DNA of 64,000 bases from Octopus sinensis (Eukaryota), in the NCBI RefSeq assembly GCF_006345805.1, contig NC_042997.1:69750001-69814000 (forward strand). Reading direction: 5' to 3'. Each line of letters begins with the position of its first letter. The first letter of the stretch is position 1. The notes under the pieces are model-generated. The model did no database searches. It saw only the letters and a program-made list of their open reading frames with translations, and was not told where the DNA came from. This document shows positions 23,243-37,217 of the stretch, one piece after another. A program made the translations under genes and the position numbers.

Positions 23243-25092
23243 CCTGCTTGTTTCTCCTCCACTTGTACATTCGTGCACGTATATACAGAGATGAAATAAA
23301 AAAAAAATAGTTGATAAAAAGCCATTAAATCCACTTGCAGAAAACGACAAGAACCTCATTATCATCATCCCAAACAAGAGCAGCACAACCAAACAACAAC
23401 ATCCACACTACCAGCACCCGCAACGCCACGAATACCAACAAAAATAAGCAAATAAAAATAACAAAAAGTACTCACCGATAATCTATACCTCAGAATGCAC
23501 TCAACAAACTTTTCAAGTAATTATAAAAAGCGTAGATATTCAATTTTGAAAAAGTCAAGTGATATTCTGCTTAATTGTTGGAAAACATTTTAAAAGAAAC
23601 CCTTGAACAAATTCGAAAACAAGAAAAAAGAAGCAGAAAATATACCATCAACAGAAAAATGTCAATAAAGATTAACTAAAAATGTGTTTTGAGATAATTT
23701 TTCCCTTCACAATTATGAGAGAAAATAACAAGCAAATTATGTATAACCACACCTGAAATGGCATTGCTCATCTTACATATAACTACACACCCCAACATTT
23801 TCACATTTGCTAATGGTTAAAAGATATTTCATCAGACGAGTTATCCTCTTCTTCGTAGAATCATAGGCACATACATCTACTCACACCCGCATATGTATGT
23901 ATATAACTTACATAATACACTCACATACAATTACTACGCAGCCTTCTGGGATAATGTGAAATGTACAGAAAAGAGATATAACTTTCATGATAGAAATACA
24001 ATATCAGCCTTGCTGTTAAGAGTAAACAAGGTGGTTACAGTATAAGATCTTTTTTTGTCTGTGGACAGAAAACTGGGACTCATCTAAATGGTTTCTAGTC
24101 TTCTTAAATCTTCATCAACAATAAATACTCATTTTCTGTCAACGTAGAGTATTTTCATAAAATCTGAGGCATAAAAATCAAAATCTGTCAAAGAGCAGAT
24201 GAAACCAGGAGAGTCAGTGATATATATATTCCTGTCTAGATTACAACTGCCCGACGAACGGAAACGTAAAATTCTGAGTAACAGTTTTTTTTATGATGTC
24301 TTCGTAGCTTTAATAAAAAAGTATATTAGTCTATCTTCGGTATTCGAGTACTATTTTTTCCACCTTGTTTTGCATTTATCTGCTAACTTGTGTATTATAT
24401 GAGTTTTCATAGGTAAGAGAAAATAATAGGCATTGCTAGGCACCCGGTTTTAAGCACCATAAATCAGATGCTATGGTTATATATGTGCAAGTATGTATTT
24501 ATGAGTGCCGTTGTGAATGTGTCTGTATATTTATGCCTGTGTGCGATTGTGGTGCCCATGAGTGAAAGTATGTGTATGTATGTATATGTTCACACGCGCG
24601 CGAAACACACTCGGATACATTCATACAGACAGCTGATTTTAATTGATAGATATCTTCTTGGTCCCAATAATTGGGCGGCAGATATACTTGGGTAAAGACT
24701 TCGGGATCCTATACAGCATCATCTCATTCTATCAATCTTAAAATACTTTCAAACCTATTATATTCATCTTAATTAATCAATTTCATAATTCATATTGCAT
24801 AGAGGGACATACGGTAATAACTCATTTGTCTTTGCAGTACCGAATTATGCAGATTTCAAACCATAAACTCACACGTTCAAACACACATATACGCAGATGG
24901 ACACACACACACACACACACACATACACACAACACACACACACACACAACACACACACATACACACACACACACACACGCACACGCACACGCACGCGCAC
25001 ACAAGGAACATATGTATCTGCATATGTGTATATGCATGCATGTATGTGTTCATGTATGTATATTATACATACATGTGTGTATGTGTGTGTGA

Positions 25093-25252
25093 GTAGGTGG
25101 AACTGTGTGGCAAGAAGTTTGTTTATGAACCACACGATTCTGGGTTTAGTCTCACGGCGTGGCACCTGGGACAAGTGTCTTCTACTACAACACCGGGCCG
25201 ACCAAAGCTTTGGGAACGTATTTGGTAGAGGGGAAACCAAAAGAAGTTCGTT
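25093..25252 (+). mobile_element. SINE family A head/body
   Basis: CTGTGTGGCAAGAAG..CCTGGGACAAGTGTCTTCTACTA. Confidence 0.75.
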
Positions 25253-25429
25253 ATACACACATACAAACCCACAAACACACAGAAACACATACAGACTCAC
25301 AAACACACATATGCATGTCTGTGTGTGTGTGTATATATATATATATATTACGTGGACATCAAAGAAGATATAATACTGGCTATAAATTAGGTAGACACAA
25401 ACTCAGCTGCTAGCCTTAATGAATTCCCA

Positions 25430-26316
25430 GCAATCCTTCCCAAATCATGCAAATGAACCCTCGCAAAATCTCAACAGCATCTCTTTCAGAGTCGTAAGTG
25501 ATAAGATCCCTGGCAAATTTAAGAAGGTAATAATAAAGTCTATCTTTAAAGGAGGAAGCAAAGCAGATGCTTAAACCTCAGCAAAGACCTCGTAGAAGCT
25601 GCTCGACTTAGCTCAATTCTCGACTTCACAAAATCATCTGATAAAATCGTCTATAGTATGATATCTAACAAGCAACGGGATCTCGGCATGGGAAAACTTG
25701 GAGAGTGGCTACATGACATTTCAAAACATAGAAACAAGGTAGTAATAACCAACGGTTCCAATGGAGAGCAAATAATGAGGGGGTTTCTCACAGAACACTG
25801 TTTTGGGGACACTGCCATTCATAGTGGCCCACCCAGAAATTCTCTCAGCTGCTCAGACAGCCACCCTTGCTAGTTATGCAGACTATACAAAATTCTCTCA
25901 GTCGGCAGGAAAGCTACGCAGTGATATACATCTGTAAAATCCGAGGACTTGTGCCAAACTTAGTCATTGAAAGTTGAACAAGCAACAGAACGGGGTGTCA
26001 TAGCATAGTGGCAAAGATTCCAACATTGTCAACAGGATACAGGACCAGATACTACAACAGCTTGAGATTAGAAGGTCCACGGTTCTTCAATATCCTCTAA
26101 AAAGCCTGAGATATCTACATGGACGTAAGAATCTTCAGATCAAAACTGGATTTCCTCTTGTCAAGAGTTCTGGATCGGCCTATCTCGCGGCAGGAAACGC
26201 AGATGAAACTCCCCCGTTCACATATCGGATGAGGTTTTAGGTAGTGAAAGTGTAGCAAAGTTAACAGCGGTGCTCCAGTAGGGTCGTAAGTCTGGAACTA
26301 AAAAATCAGTATAAAA
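25430..26316 (+). mobile_element. Degraded CR1/L2-type LINE: RT domain to 3' end, internally deleted
   Basis: Motif order: IPGKFKKVIIKSIFKGGSK; LDFTKSSDKI (25619; cf. LDFxKAFDKV); GKLGEWLHD; TVLGTLPF (cf. PQGSVLGP); SYADYTK (25875; cf. YADDTK); EGPRFFNIL..KLD.LLS; then a 3' tail. Confidence 0.75.
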
Positions 26317-26799
26317 TAACCGATATAGCGAGTCCCTTTAAAGAAAAGAGCCTCTTACCTAACCAACGATGACAGTATAATGATAAGCTAACATATACGT
26401 GTATACATGTGTGTGTGAGAGTGCGTGGATACACACATATCCGCGTGCACGCACACACACACATACATGTATTCCCATACATGTATATATATACAGAGAG
26501 AGAGAGAGAGAGAGAGATTCTTATTTTGATTATTCTCCGACAAAGGAAAGGATTTGCACAGCGTTACATAAATAGTATTAAAACATTTATTTCTCTGAGC
26601 GCATTAGTCCTGGAAGAATTCTGCACTCAGGGAAAAACAAACATATATTTGTAGTACTCAGCAAATATTTTATATTACATATACATTCATACATGCATAC
26701 TTACATACATGCATAAATACATACATACATACATACGCACATACATGCATATATCTATATATATACACATACACACACGCACACGTATACATGTATGTT

Positions 26800-26854
<55 letters not shown>

Positions 26855-26906
26855 GTATATAATATGTGTGTTTCTGTCTATCTATTTCTCTCTCTCTTTC
26901 TCGCTT

Positions 26907-26939
<33 letters not shown>

Positions 26940-28065
26940 GTACACATATATAGATGGATGAACATAAACCACACCTACGCTGTCAGAATACTACGTTATA
27001 TGAATATGATATTTATGTATGTGTGCGTGCTTATAAATCACACCTACAATGTAAGATTACTGCATTATAGTCATATAGTGTAAACGCTATTTGTATAACA
27101 TTTTGTATTATTCGGATTTTGTAAGACTTATTTAATAGAGCATGAAATTGCTCAGTTTCTTGTCACTCTATTACATGTTTTTTACCTTTTATCTATTTGT
27201 CAACAAAGAGCGCTTTGTATCGTCCTGAAATAGTTCAGAGGGCGTAGAATTTTAAGAACGTATATTATTCAGGCAACGCTTTCAGTCTAAATCGAACAAA
27301 ATCCTCAATACGTGGTTGACCAAGCGAAATTTATCATCAACAACTTTTGAGATACGTACATTGTACCGCAGCTAGTGAAGTATAACTCTCTAAGTAATTC
27401 GTTCAATCTCGTTGTTTACAGGAGTTGTTGATGTTATGTTGCTCCAGGTCAGCTTTGATCGAACAGACTAATTAGACAAGTTCTAGCTGTGATAATGTCC
27501 ACTCTTATGAGACATCAAGGGTAGTGTTCTTTACTGGAACCATGAATCTCGAAACACATAAATCTTTAATTATTTCTATTTATTATGGGCACATGGCCTG
27601 AAATTTTGGGAGACGGGCTAACTGGTTACAACAACCCCAGTGTTCAACAGGTACTTATTTTATTGGCCTCGAGAAGATGAAAGGCAAAGTCTATCTGATT
27701 GGATTTTAAGCTTAGAATGTAGAGACGAGCGAAAAGCCGACAAACTGAGTTGTCTAGAGTTTCCTACTTCATTTAAGACAGTAGCGGGCGGTTTGAATGA
27801 TATTTGGTTGCCGCTTTTAGCAAAGCAAACGGCCTCATAGAAGTTCCCTTACAGTCTTGTAAAAAAAATAGGTAATAAGAATAGCAACATCTCATTAGTG
27901 TCGAGAGTTCAACAACACATTTAACCTCGTTTTGCATGTAGAGTCTGTGTATATCGGAGTGAGGAACAGATCGACTATTTTCTCCTGGTTTTATGAACAT
28001 TGAAGAGCTGAAGAATAAAAAAACATAGAATCTAGTCATGTGCGAGTATTTTGGTACAAGCTATT

Positions 28066-28105
<40 letters not shown>

Positions 28106-28197
28106 GTATATATATATCAATACTTTTATAAACTTATTAACACACAAACATACACATGCACACACACACAAACACACACATACACACATACACACAT

Positions 28198-28230
<33 letters not shown>

Positions 28231-28290
28231 AATATTTTTGGTTGTAAAATATGGAAGCAATATTTACATGCTACAATTTATAGCTTTATG

Positions 28291-28500
28291 TAAGGCGACG
28301 AGCGGACAGAACAATTAGCATGCCGGACAAAATATCTAGTGGCTTTTCGTCCGTCTGTACGTTCTTTAGATCAAAATCTGCTGTGGTCGATTTTGCCTCT
28401 CATCCTTTTGGGGTAGATAAAATAAGTACCAGTTAAACTTAGAGAGTCGTTGTGATCGACTAGCCCCTCTCCCAAAATTCCAGTTCTCGTGCCCATAATA
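28291..28500 (+). mobile_element. SINE family B
   Basis: TAAGGCGACG start, family motifs. Confidence 0.8.
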
Positions 28501-28553
28501 AAAGGAATTATGGATTTATATGATTCGCGATTCATATATATATATATATGTGT

Positions 28554-28596
<43 letters not shown>

Positions 28597-28660
28597 CATG
28601 TGTGTGTATATATACATACATATATACACTTTTATCTATATATACATCTATCTATCTATG

Positions 28661-28908
28661 TTAAAATTTCCACTCATTTAATTATTTATTTTTCTAAAAT
28701 TTTCAATAGTTGTTGACTCGCTTTTCAATAGTTGTCGAGAGTCGACAGCTATTGAAAAGTTTGAAAGAAGTAACACAAATTTTAGAAAAATGTGAGTGTG
28801 TTAAATTATAAGGCACTAAAGGAGAATGACTCACCCCAGACACAGCAGAATATGCTTCAAGACACGGACTCACATAAAGAATCTTGCAAACCAAATCCCA
28901 AAACGAAA
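28661..28908. mobile_element. Second, left-truncated copy of the palindromic element
   Basis: Right arm matches 3355-3468; central 17-bp hairpin TTTTCAATAGTTGTCGA-GAG-TCGACAGCTATTGAAAA (28722-28758). Confidence 0.85.
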
Positions 28909-28912
28909 TATG

Positions 28913-28957
<45 letters not shown>

Positions 28958-30599
28958 ATAAATGTGTGTGCGTATGTATGTTTGTCAGTGTCTCCTCGTT
29001 TCTCTCAGTGAATCATCTACATTTCACTGTGAGAAGTAACATGGTAGAACCCTCACAGCGTCGCTATCACCCGAAATGAAGAAGGCTTGAGCAAAAGGCT
29101 AGCAGCCACTTTTCTAGAAACTTGATTTCCTATTGATCAGAATAGGGCAACACTGAACGGTGATGATACACGCTCATACACATATGTGCGTGTGGTGTAC
29201 GCGAGCGTGTGTGTGTGAATGTGAAATATGCGTGCTTATGAATATATGAAGTTTTATGCTCTACTTAAATCTAAGTTCTTGTGTTCAGTAGATGATTCTT
29301 AAGAAATAAGTCAGCTGCCAGTGCAGGGGCAAGCGATGGGAACAGTAACAAGAATGTAAAGCCACCAGCAACACTATTCAAGCACGATGAACAGGTTAAT
29401 GACGTCACGAAACTGTCTGATGACGATGACAATGTCATTGACGACAATGGTGGAGAGGATGACGTTGATGATAATTACATTGATGATGGCATTTGTGTAT
29501 GTATGTATGTGTGTGCGTGTATATATACGTACACTCATTTATGTGTATGTATAGATACATTCACTTACGCTCACGCACACCCACACCTATATAATATATA
29601 TATATATATAATGTATGTATTGAATATAATTTATGAGTGTTGAATGGAGTATATATGCTTTTCTGATAAGCTCTTATTGTTGATGTTGTTATATCGTTTG
29701 CACTCGCCATCATTTACTGTCATTACACCAATCACGCACTTCAGATAAATTGTTAGCACTTTTGTATTTTCAAGTACTCGTCGTTTGATGTGCCACCTTT
29801 ATCTCATGACTTTAAGTTAAGGAAGATTTAGTTGCTATCTCTAACAGGTCGAGCAACTGTGTAGTAGCTGCTGCGCTGCCCCCAGATCTCTTTGACTCTC
29901 GACTTTTATGATTTATGAATATATACTGCAATATTCAGTCGGTTTACTTTAAGCTGTCTCTCGCGTTATGCACTTCGTTCTACACATCACTGACGACATA
30001 GTTGCTAGAAATATAAGCTTTCTCCGATCAGCGGATCCCGTCATAGGGGACCATGTGATATGGTAAATCATCAAGCGGGCTGCACTACCCATAGATTGGA
30101 AGGTAATTTTTCGTTGGTATGTCATTTAGAAAGTTCTGCGGCCCGCAGTTTGCCCACGACTGTAGTAGACTATGTATCTGCATCTGGGGCGTTCTGCTCT
30201 AGGACGGAGACTTGTGCATGGTTTACCTATGCAAAACGAGCTGTTGCCCAGATTGTAACACTCTCCACGGCACTGATATTGTTCAATGGAAAGCAAGAGC
30301 CGCTGCATCTTTGTAGTTGCGTCGTTGCAGGCTCACCAAGAACATAAAGAGTTGGAACAAATAACGTAAGTCACTGACCAATTCCAATAATTTCCTCCAT
30401 TTACCGTACTTTTACTATCTTATTTTCATCGACGCCAGAGGGATGACATCTAAAGTCTGTTACGACCATATTGGACCTTGTGTGTTTTTGTGTGTGTGTG
30501 TGTGTGGTGTGTGTCTGTGTGTGTGTGTCTCTGTGTGTGTGTGTGTGTGGCTGTGTGTGAGTGAGTGTGTGTGTGAGTGTGTGCGTACGCGTATGAGCA

Positions 30600-30792
30600 T
30601 TTGTATTTGTCTCCCATATCACTCGGCAAACGGTGTTGCTTTCTTTACGTTCTCGTAGACTAACGGTTCGGCAAAAAAGAGGATCAATAGAATAAGTCCG
30701 GGTTCGATTTAATCAACTAAATCCTTGAAGGCTGTGCCCCAGTATGGCCGCAATCCAACAACTGAAACAAGTAAACGATAAAAGATAAAAGA
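30600..30792 (+). mobile_element. SINE family A, 3' half
   Basis: CGGTTCGGCAAAA..GTGCCCCAGTATGGCCGCA..GAAACAAGTAAA. Confidence 0.8.
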
Positions 30793-31585
30793 TTAGTAAC
30801 ATTACAACATAGACATTTCGTCCTACGCTCTAATGATTTTGCCAGGCCTACACGATTGTTGAAAATAAACTACTGACACAGAAGATTAAACCCTCCTGCA
30901 GTCAACATAATATGACTGAAATCGAGCAGCAAACCTTAACAGTTTTCTTAGAAAACAATTTTATTACATTAGAATAAATACTTCTTTTCAGTACCTAAAG
31001 ATTCTATTGCTATAGTAACCCGCAACAAGACAGGAAAGAAGCACAACGATATAACAAAATTCCTTACAACACACAACATAAGACATTGTGTTGTAGGACA
31101 GTATCCTGGTATAAGTTTTCGCAACCATCTGTGCTAAAAAGGGAGTTTTGATTGCACCCCACACGGGCCATTCTACCAATTGGCATGGAGTCACACGCCA
31201 ACACAGTCACTCTCACTTTCTCCCAGCATTAACTTTTTTTCTCTGGTTCTGGTCTAATGACCCCACCCCATATTTATTTTCCTTCGGTTTCCTTGTATGT
31301 CTTCACTGTCCTGTTTTTGTTCCTAACTTTGACCTTCCATAATCCTAAATTTTATTTTAGAATTTATGGGAGCAACTGTCTTTGGTGACTCATATTTTCG
31401 TTGAATGCTTGAAATGAGGAGTAGATAGACAGCCGACAACTGATGAAGGGTCCTTACTCTGTGTTTTCTTTTCCTGTTTTCTATTTTTGCCTCTCGTTGT
31501 TTACCTTTTTAACTGTTTGTTTACGTATTTCAAGTTGTTTGCACAGTTGATGACGTCCTGTACCCATATATGAATATATATATAT

Positions 31586-31641
<56 letters not shown>

Positions 31642-31719
31642 CGAGTGTGTATGCTTGTGTATAAAAATATATTAATTGCGAAGATATACATTCCTCTTAA
31701 AACGGATGTTAGCATCCAA

Positions 31720-31759
<40 letters not shown>

Positions 31760-32339
31760 TATATATACATGCATACATACATATATACATACTAGTCTTA
31801 TGTCACTGTTATGCAGGCACAGTCGATTAACTTGTCCCCTTGTCATCCATATTGTGTCCAGCTAAAGCCTACGCTTCGCATCAGCCAATCCTAACTCCCA
31901 AGAACTATGACTTCTCGTATTCTTTCTATATGCATTCTGTTCTTGTAGACGTCCACTTGCAGCTGCTTAAAAGGAACATAACATGCATCGATCTAACTCG
32001 CATCGTAGTCTTGTATATGCTTTGGGCACATATTCATTCAAATCAAAATAAAAGCTCTTTTTTGGTATGGCTAAATTGTCATACTTTTCTTTCCAAATTT
32101 TCAGCTTCAAGCTGAAGAACATTTTTAATCAACACACAGTAAAAGGGTGTGTGTGTGCGTGTATGTGTGTATGTGTGTGTGTGTGTGTATGTGTGTGTGT
32201 GTGTGCGTGTGTGTATTTCCCCCTTTATTGCTGTTAGTATTAACCCCAACTCATAACTACTTACAACTTGCTATACTCCATCACAATGATCGTCGCCCTC
32301 GTCGCTCACATCATCATTGTTAACGTCATCATCGTCACA

Positions 32340-32341
32340 TT

Positions 32342-32376
<35 letters not shown>

Positions 32377-32392
32377 CCACCATCACCTCCAC

Positions 32393-32432
<40 letters not shown>

Positions 32433-32522
32433 GTCATCATCATCGTCATCATCATCATCATCGTCATCATCACTAGAACGACTAACAACAGTAGCATTAT
32501 TTTCGGGACGAATATAACCTAT

Positions 32523-32581
<59 letters not shown>

Positions 32582-32610
32582 TGTCGTCGTCGTCGTCGTT
32601 GTTGTATTTG
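32340..32610. repeat. (CAT)n and (TAG)n/(GTC)n trinucleotide repeats
   Basis: Directly visible. Confidence 0.95.
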
Positions 32611-33455
32611 TTTTCATGTTTTGTGTAGCACTGCTCGAATCTGGATGGAGTTCATGTATGATCGAAGGGTTCTAGTCAAATGACTAGTTTGTCTCTTACT
32701 CAGACTTCGTGCTTATATCTGAGACTACTTCACTCAGAATATCCAGTATCGTTTTAAAAAGGTAAGATACGATTTGAGGCAGATGGAATTTACTATTTCA
32801 TGGCGGTTCCGCAACTGGAAGGTAGCCCTTAAGAAATACCTCGATTACAAGTGTTATTGTTGTTTAATCGAAAGTAACCCTTGATCAAAGAGACCAATAA
32901 CGAAAAGCATTTTAGTCATGGCCAACACGATTTACGAGTGCCTTGACCAACACCGATGCGACAGTTCATTTTCTCAGAGGATAGGGCTTGATTTGAGGGT
33001 ATTTTTCCCCATTTTCTATCGACTTGAGTGACTATGTAAAAGCTCTCTAAGTGTTAGTAAAAAACAAAACAAAACAAACAAAAAACAAATGAAAAATAAC
33101 AAAAAGTGCTTTAATACAGTGGTTTACAGTCATTTGTAATATATATTAAGACTTAACCTAAGGGTACTGGAAAATATTTTGCAGGCTTGGCACTTTGTTC
33201 TTTAGACATCGCCAGCGTGGGAATTCCGAGTATCAAGCATGAGTCAGACTGAGCACGGAATCTGATAAAGTAAATGGATTTCTTTACTTATTCAAACGAA
33301 AAATCTTCTAATTAATCGATCAGAGGAAGATGGTTCATGACACTTTTTCTTTCTGCAATATGTATGCATATATAGATATACATACATCCTGAAATGCTTA
33401 TATAAATATATATACATATACATACATACATACATACACATATATATATTTATAT

Positions 33456-33493
<38 letters not shown>

Positions 33494-34232
33494 ATATATT
33501 GTGTTTATGTATGTATGTATGTGTGCATGTATGTATGTGTACGTGTATATGTGTATATATATATAAAGATATATATATAGGTAGACAGATATATAAATAG
33601 ATATATATATAGATAGATAGATAGATAGGCATACGTCCTAATATTTGTGTATGTGTATATATACATATACATATATATACACACACACATACTGTATATG
33701 TATAACGTGCAGCACACGATCACAGTTATATGTGTGTGTGTGTATGCATGTGTATTGTATGTTTGTACGTACGTATGTACGAATTTATGTATGCATGTAT
33801 GTTGGTACGTACTTATGTATGTATGTATCTATGTATGTACGATGTATGTATGCGTGCACGTATCTATGTATGAATATCTATATATGTTTTGTCACTGAAG
33901 GCATATGGTTCGAAATCTTGCTTGTCCCCTATGTAAAATGAGGTAAGCGATAAGCAGAGATTTACAGATTTAAAAACAATATCTTTCACAAACTGAGGAA
34001 GTAAAGATATTTTTCTCCTCAAAAATTAAGAGAATTCAACACAGTTGCTAAAATCGCAAAGACATTTTTTTTGTAAATCAAAATCTGAGTATGAATATTA
34101 AACCGAATACTGAATATACTGAATATACACCGATACTGAATATACAAAGTAAATTATAACACACTCAAATGCACATCTAGCCAAATCAGTTCGTACAAAT
34201 AACATATACGTATTAACGTGTGTGTATGTGTA

Positions 34233-34274
<42 letters not shown>

Positions 34275-34572
34275 GTGTGTGTGTATTTATAAAATAAACC
34301 ATTACACATGTTTCATTTACTAATAAGAATGACAAAATTATATATGTTGGCTAAACGAGTAATAAATTTCCTACTGGATTATAGTACTGGAATAAGTAGA
34401 TATGCTTCAAGACAATACAGCTTCTATTTTTTTTCTTTGCCTACATAATTATTTATATACGTCTATATCTTGTTTCAGTGATTTAGACTGCAGCCATGCT
34501 GGGGCACCATCTCCAAGAATTTTAGTAATCATCTCAACACTCAATTCTTGTCGGTCCATTCAGTATTTGTGG

Positions 34573-34603
<31 letters not shown>

Positions 34604-34799
34604 GGTGGTGGTGGTAGTAGTAGTAGTGGTAGTAGTAGTAGTAGTAAGTGGTATAATGTTGGTGAAGGTATTTGGTGATTAATGAGATTTAAAAAAATGT
34701 TTGGGTGTTTAAATTCACAGCTACCTAAACTGAGCATACCTATGATCAAAGATATGTGTATTGAGGGATATGTGTATTGCAGGTTATGCACAAATGTGC

Positions 34800-35350
34800 G
34801 TATTTAGACAGTAGTTTGAACATAACAAATAGTCTTGTTGAAATCTCCCTTTCGAATCAAGAATGACAGAACAGCGATGCCTTCAGAAAATTGGATTGAC
34901 ATTTATGGTTTCAGCATAGAATTTCAGTTGAGACAAAGTTGAAGTTTTTAAATACTTCAGATCTGTCTTCGTTGCTATAAGCATGTGAAATTTGGGTTTC
35001 TTACCGGAGGCATATCACAAGGCTGGAGTGATTTCATGAACAGTGTCCTCGCCTTAAGTTCGACAAGTGATGGCAAATGAACGTAAGAAACGTTTAAGTC
35101 TTCGAACGCAGTCAGTCGCTGGTACTTAAATACTGCAAATCTCTATTACTTTAGCAACGATAAGAATGGAGAGGTTATGTTCTCAGGATAGAAAACGATC
35201 GGATCTTTAAGGAATTTCTGTACGGAGAGTTAGTCCAGGATAAGAGATCGGTGTTCAAACGAAAAGCAAGATATAAAGGCGGCATCAAGCGTACACTAGA
35301 GAAGACCGAAATCGTGGAAAATGGAAGGGTAAACCTCGCATTTGATTGTT
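34800..35350 (+). mobile_element. Degraded RTE-clade LINE, C-terminal part of the ORF
   Basis: VEVFKYFRS (34938; cf. VxxFxYLGS) and VLRIENDRIFKEFLYGELVQDKRSVFKRKARYKGGIKRTLEK (from 35179; cf. HVxRMxDxRIPKxLLYGELxxGxRxxGRPxxRYKD). Confidence 0.7.
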
Positions 35351-36077
35351 TATAGAAAACAGCATGACTGGAGGAGGGAATTCAGATTAAATCGTATCGA
35401 GAATGAAAAGATCAAGCGAATTGTTCATATGGGTCATCTTGTTTGTTTGTCTTAGTAAGTTGGGATGCAATCTGATTTAGCATGTAGCCTGTCTATATAA
35501 ACAAGGTTGGCCCTAGAGTTCATTAGAGAACCAACATCCAAAGGAAGTTGGCAATTAAGCATATAGGGAATCCCTAGTTGTTGGGACTGTGGAAAGTATG
35601 AAATGCTCTATGATGGTTCACCAAAACAATACTGTAACATCCTCCATTGTCAAATCTTTGCAAAAGAGTATAACTCAACGATAGTATTGAACAGACGCAT
35701 CTGTGCTATTAATGTTTAAGAAATCAAGCGATAGTATATACGTGTATATATATATGCAGTTAGCCATATATAATATAGGAATATATAATACAATGATATC
35801 AAACCGATGTAAAACATGCTATCTTAAACATAGCATATTCGCGCTAGTATACATACACACACAGACATATGTATGTGTGAGTGTATGCGTGTATGTGTGT
35901 GTGCATGTACGCATCATCGCGCATAGGATTTCATTGTGAATTTAGATTCACTTTCACTTTTTTGTTAAATATGGAGCACACTCGGTGAATGGAAGCGCCG
36001 ATTAGACGCACGAACATAGAGATTGCGATGTTCATATGTGCCAAGTTATAAGATATGTATATACACACACATACTCA

Positions 36078-36145
<68 letters not shown>

Positions 36146-36189
36146 ACACACACACACACACAACACACACACACACACCACACACACAC

Positions 36190-36228
<39 letters not shown>

Positions 36229-36725
36229 CTGTACACGTATGTATGTGTTCATGTAAGTATGTATATATATATATAATACAATCGTGTTATCCAGGCTAAT
36301 GCTAAGTCTAAATCCGTTACAAAATGCAGAAATAAGATCCATAAGAATGTATCTTCTACTATATAGGCAACTAAGTTGCAATCATTCGTATAAAGGAATT
36401 CACGAATAAAAGATCGGAAAATTTTCGTATTTGCAACAAATCGGTGTAAGCTGGAGAGTCAAGAAGCTCCGCATACCACATATATTACAGAAGTGCAATG
36501 AAACATCAGTGACAATGATAGTAAAATACAAGGAAAAGAACTTGTCTCACTATGTTACCACCGACACTGACCTATATTTCCATTCCATCGTTAAATGATA
36601 TAAATTTCGTTACAGATACCCGGACAAACAAGTTCGCCGACAATTTTCCAAGGTGTCAAAATCTTTCGGCAATTTAATGGAAACCATGTTCAGTCCCACT
36701 GCGTGACAGCTTTTCTAAGCCATTA

Positions 36726-37217
36726 GGGTGCGTTTTGAAGTAAACTTGACTGCTATTGCTAGCAACGTAGAAGACCACATTAAAACTCTTTAGCGATACT
36801 CCTACTGAGTTAACTTCTGTAGCTTGCTTGTGATGATGATGAAGATATGAATGGAGATGATAGCGGTATCTCAATTGCTGCTAATGTTAAATGCGTAGTT
36901 CTGTGAAGTTTTGAAGGATGTTTGGAGTTGAATTAGTTACAGTAATGTTGTTGCTGGTGGTGATATTATTGTCACTAATGTTGTTGCTACTACTGCTGCT
37001 GCTGATAATGATGATGATGACAATGAGGATGACCGTCTGGCGGTGGCGGTTGTGGTGGGTGGCTGTAGTATAGGGTAAGTTAGGCCCTTGAAGTGGGCAG
37101 TCAAGTAGCTGAATGGCCGCTTGTAAACAATATGCATTATTGGCTATCTAGTTGGCTAGTTGGTGTGACCTTCTCTTTAGTCATTAGTCAGCATTGACTG
37201 AGCAGACTAACGATAAA
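36726..37217. repeat. Left arm of a ~490-bp inverted duplication (partner 39350-39827)
   Basis: Long runs are exact reverse complements, e.g. GCGATACTCCTACTGAGTTAACTTCTGTAGCTTGCTTGTGATGATGATGAAGATATGAATGGAGATGATAGCGGTATC. Confidence 0.95.

Noticed and set aside
29310-29500. Stop-free acidic frame (SAASAGASDGN...DDDDNVIDDNGGEDDVDD)
   Set aside because: No start or clear splice sites; looks like a decayed (GAT/GAC)n tract running into (TG)n.
30960-31560. Possible Penelope 3' fragment containing CTGATGAAGGG
   Set aside because: No GAAAC partner or interpretable coding motif found by eye; left unannotated.
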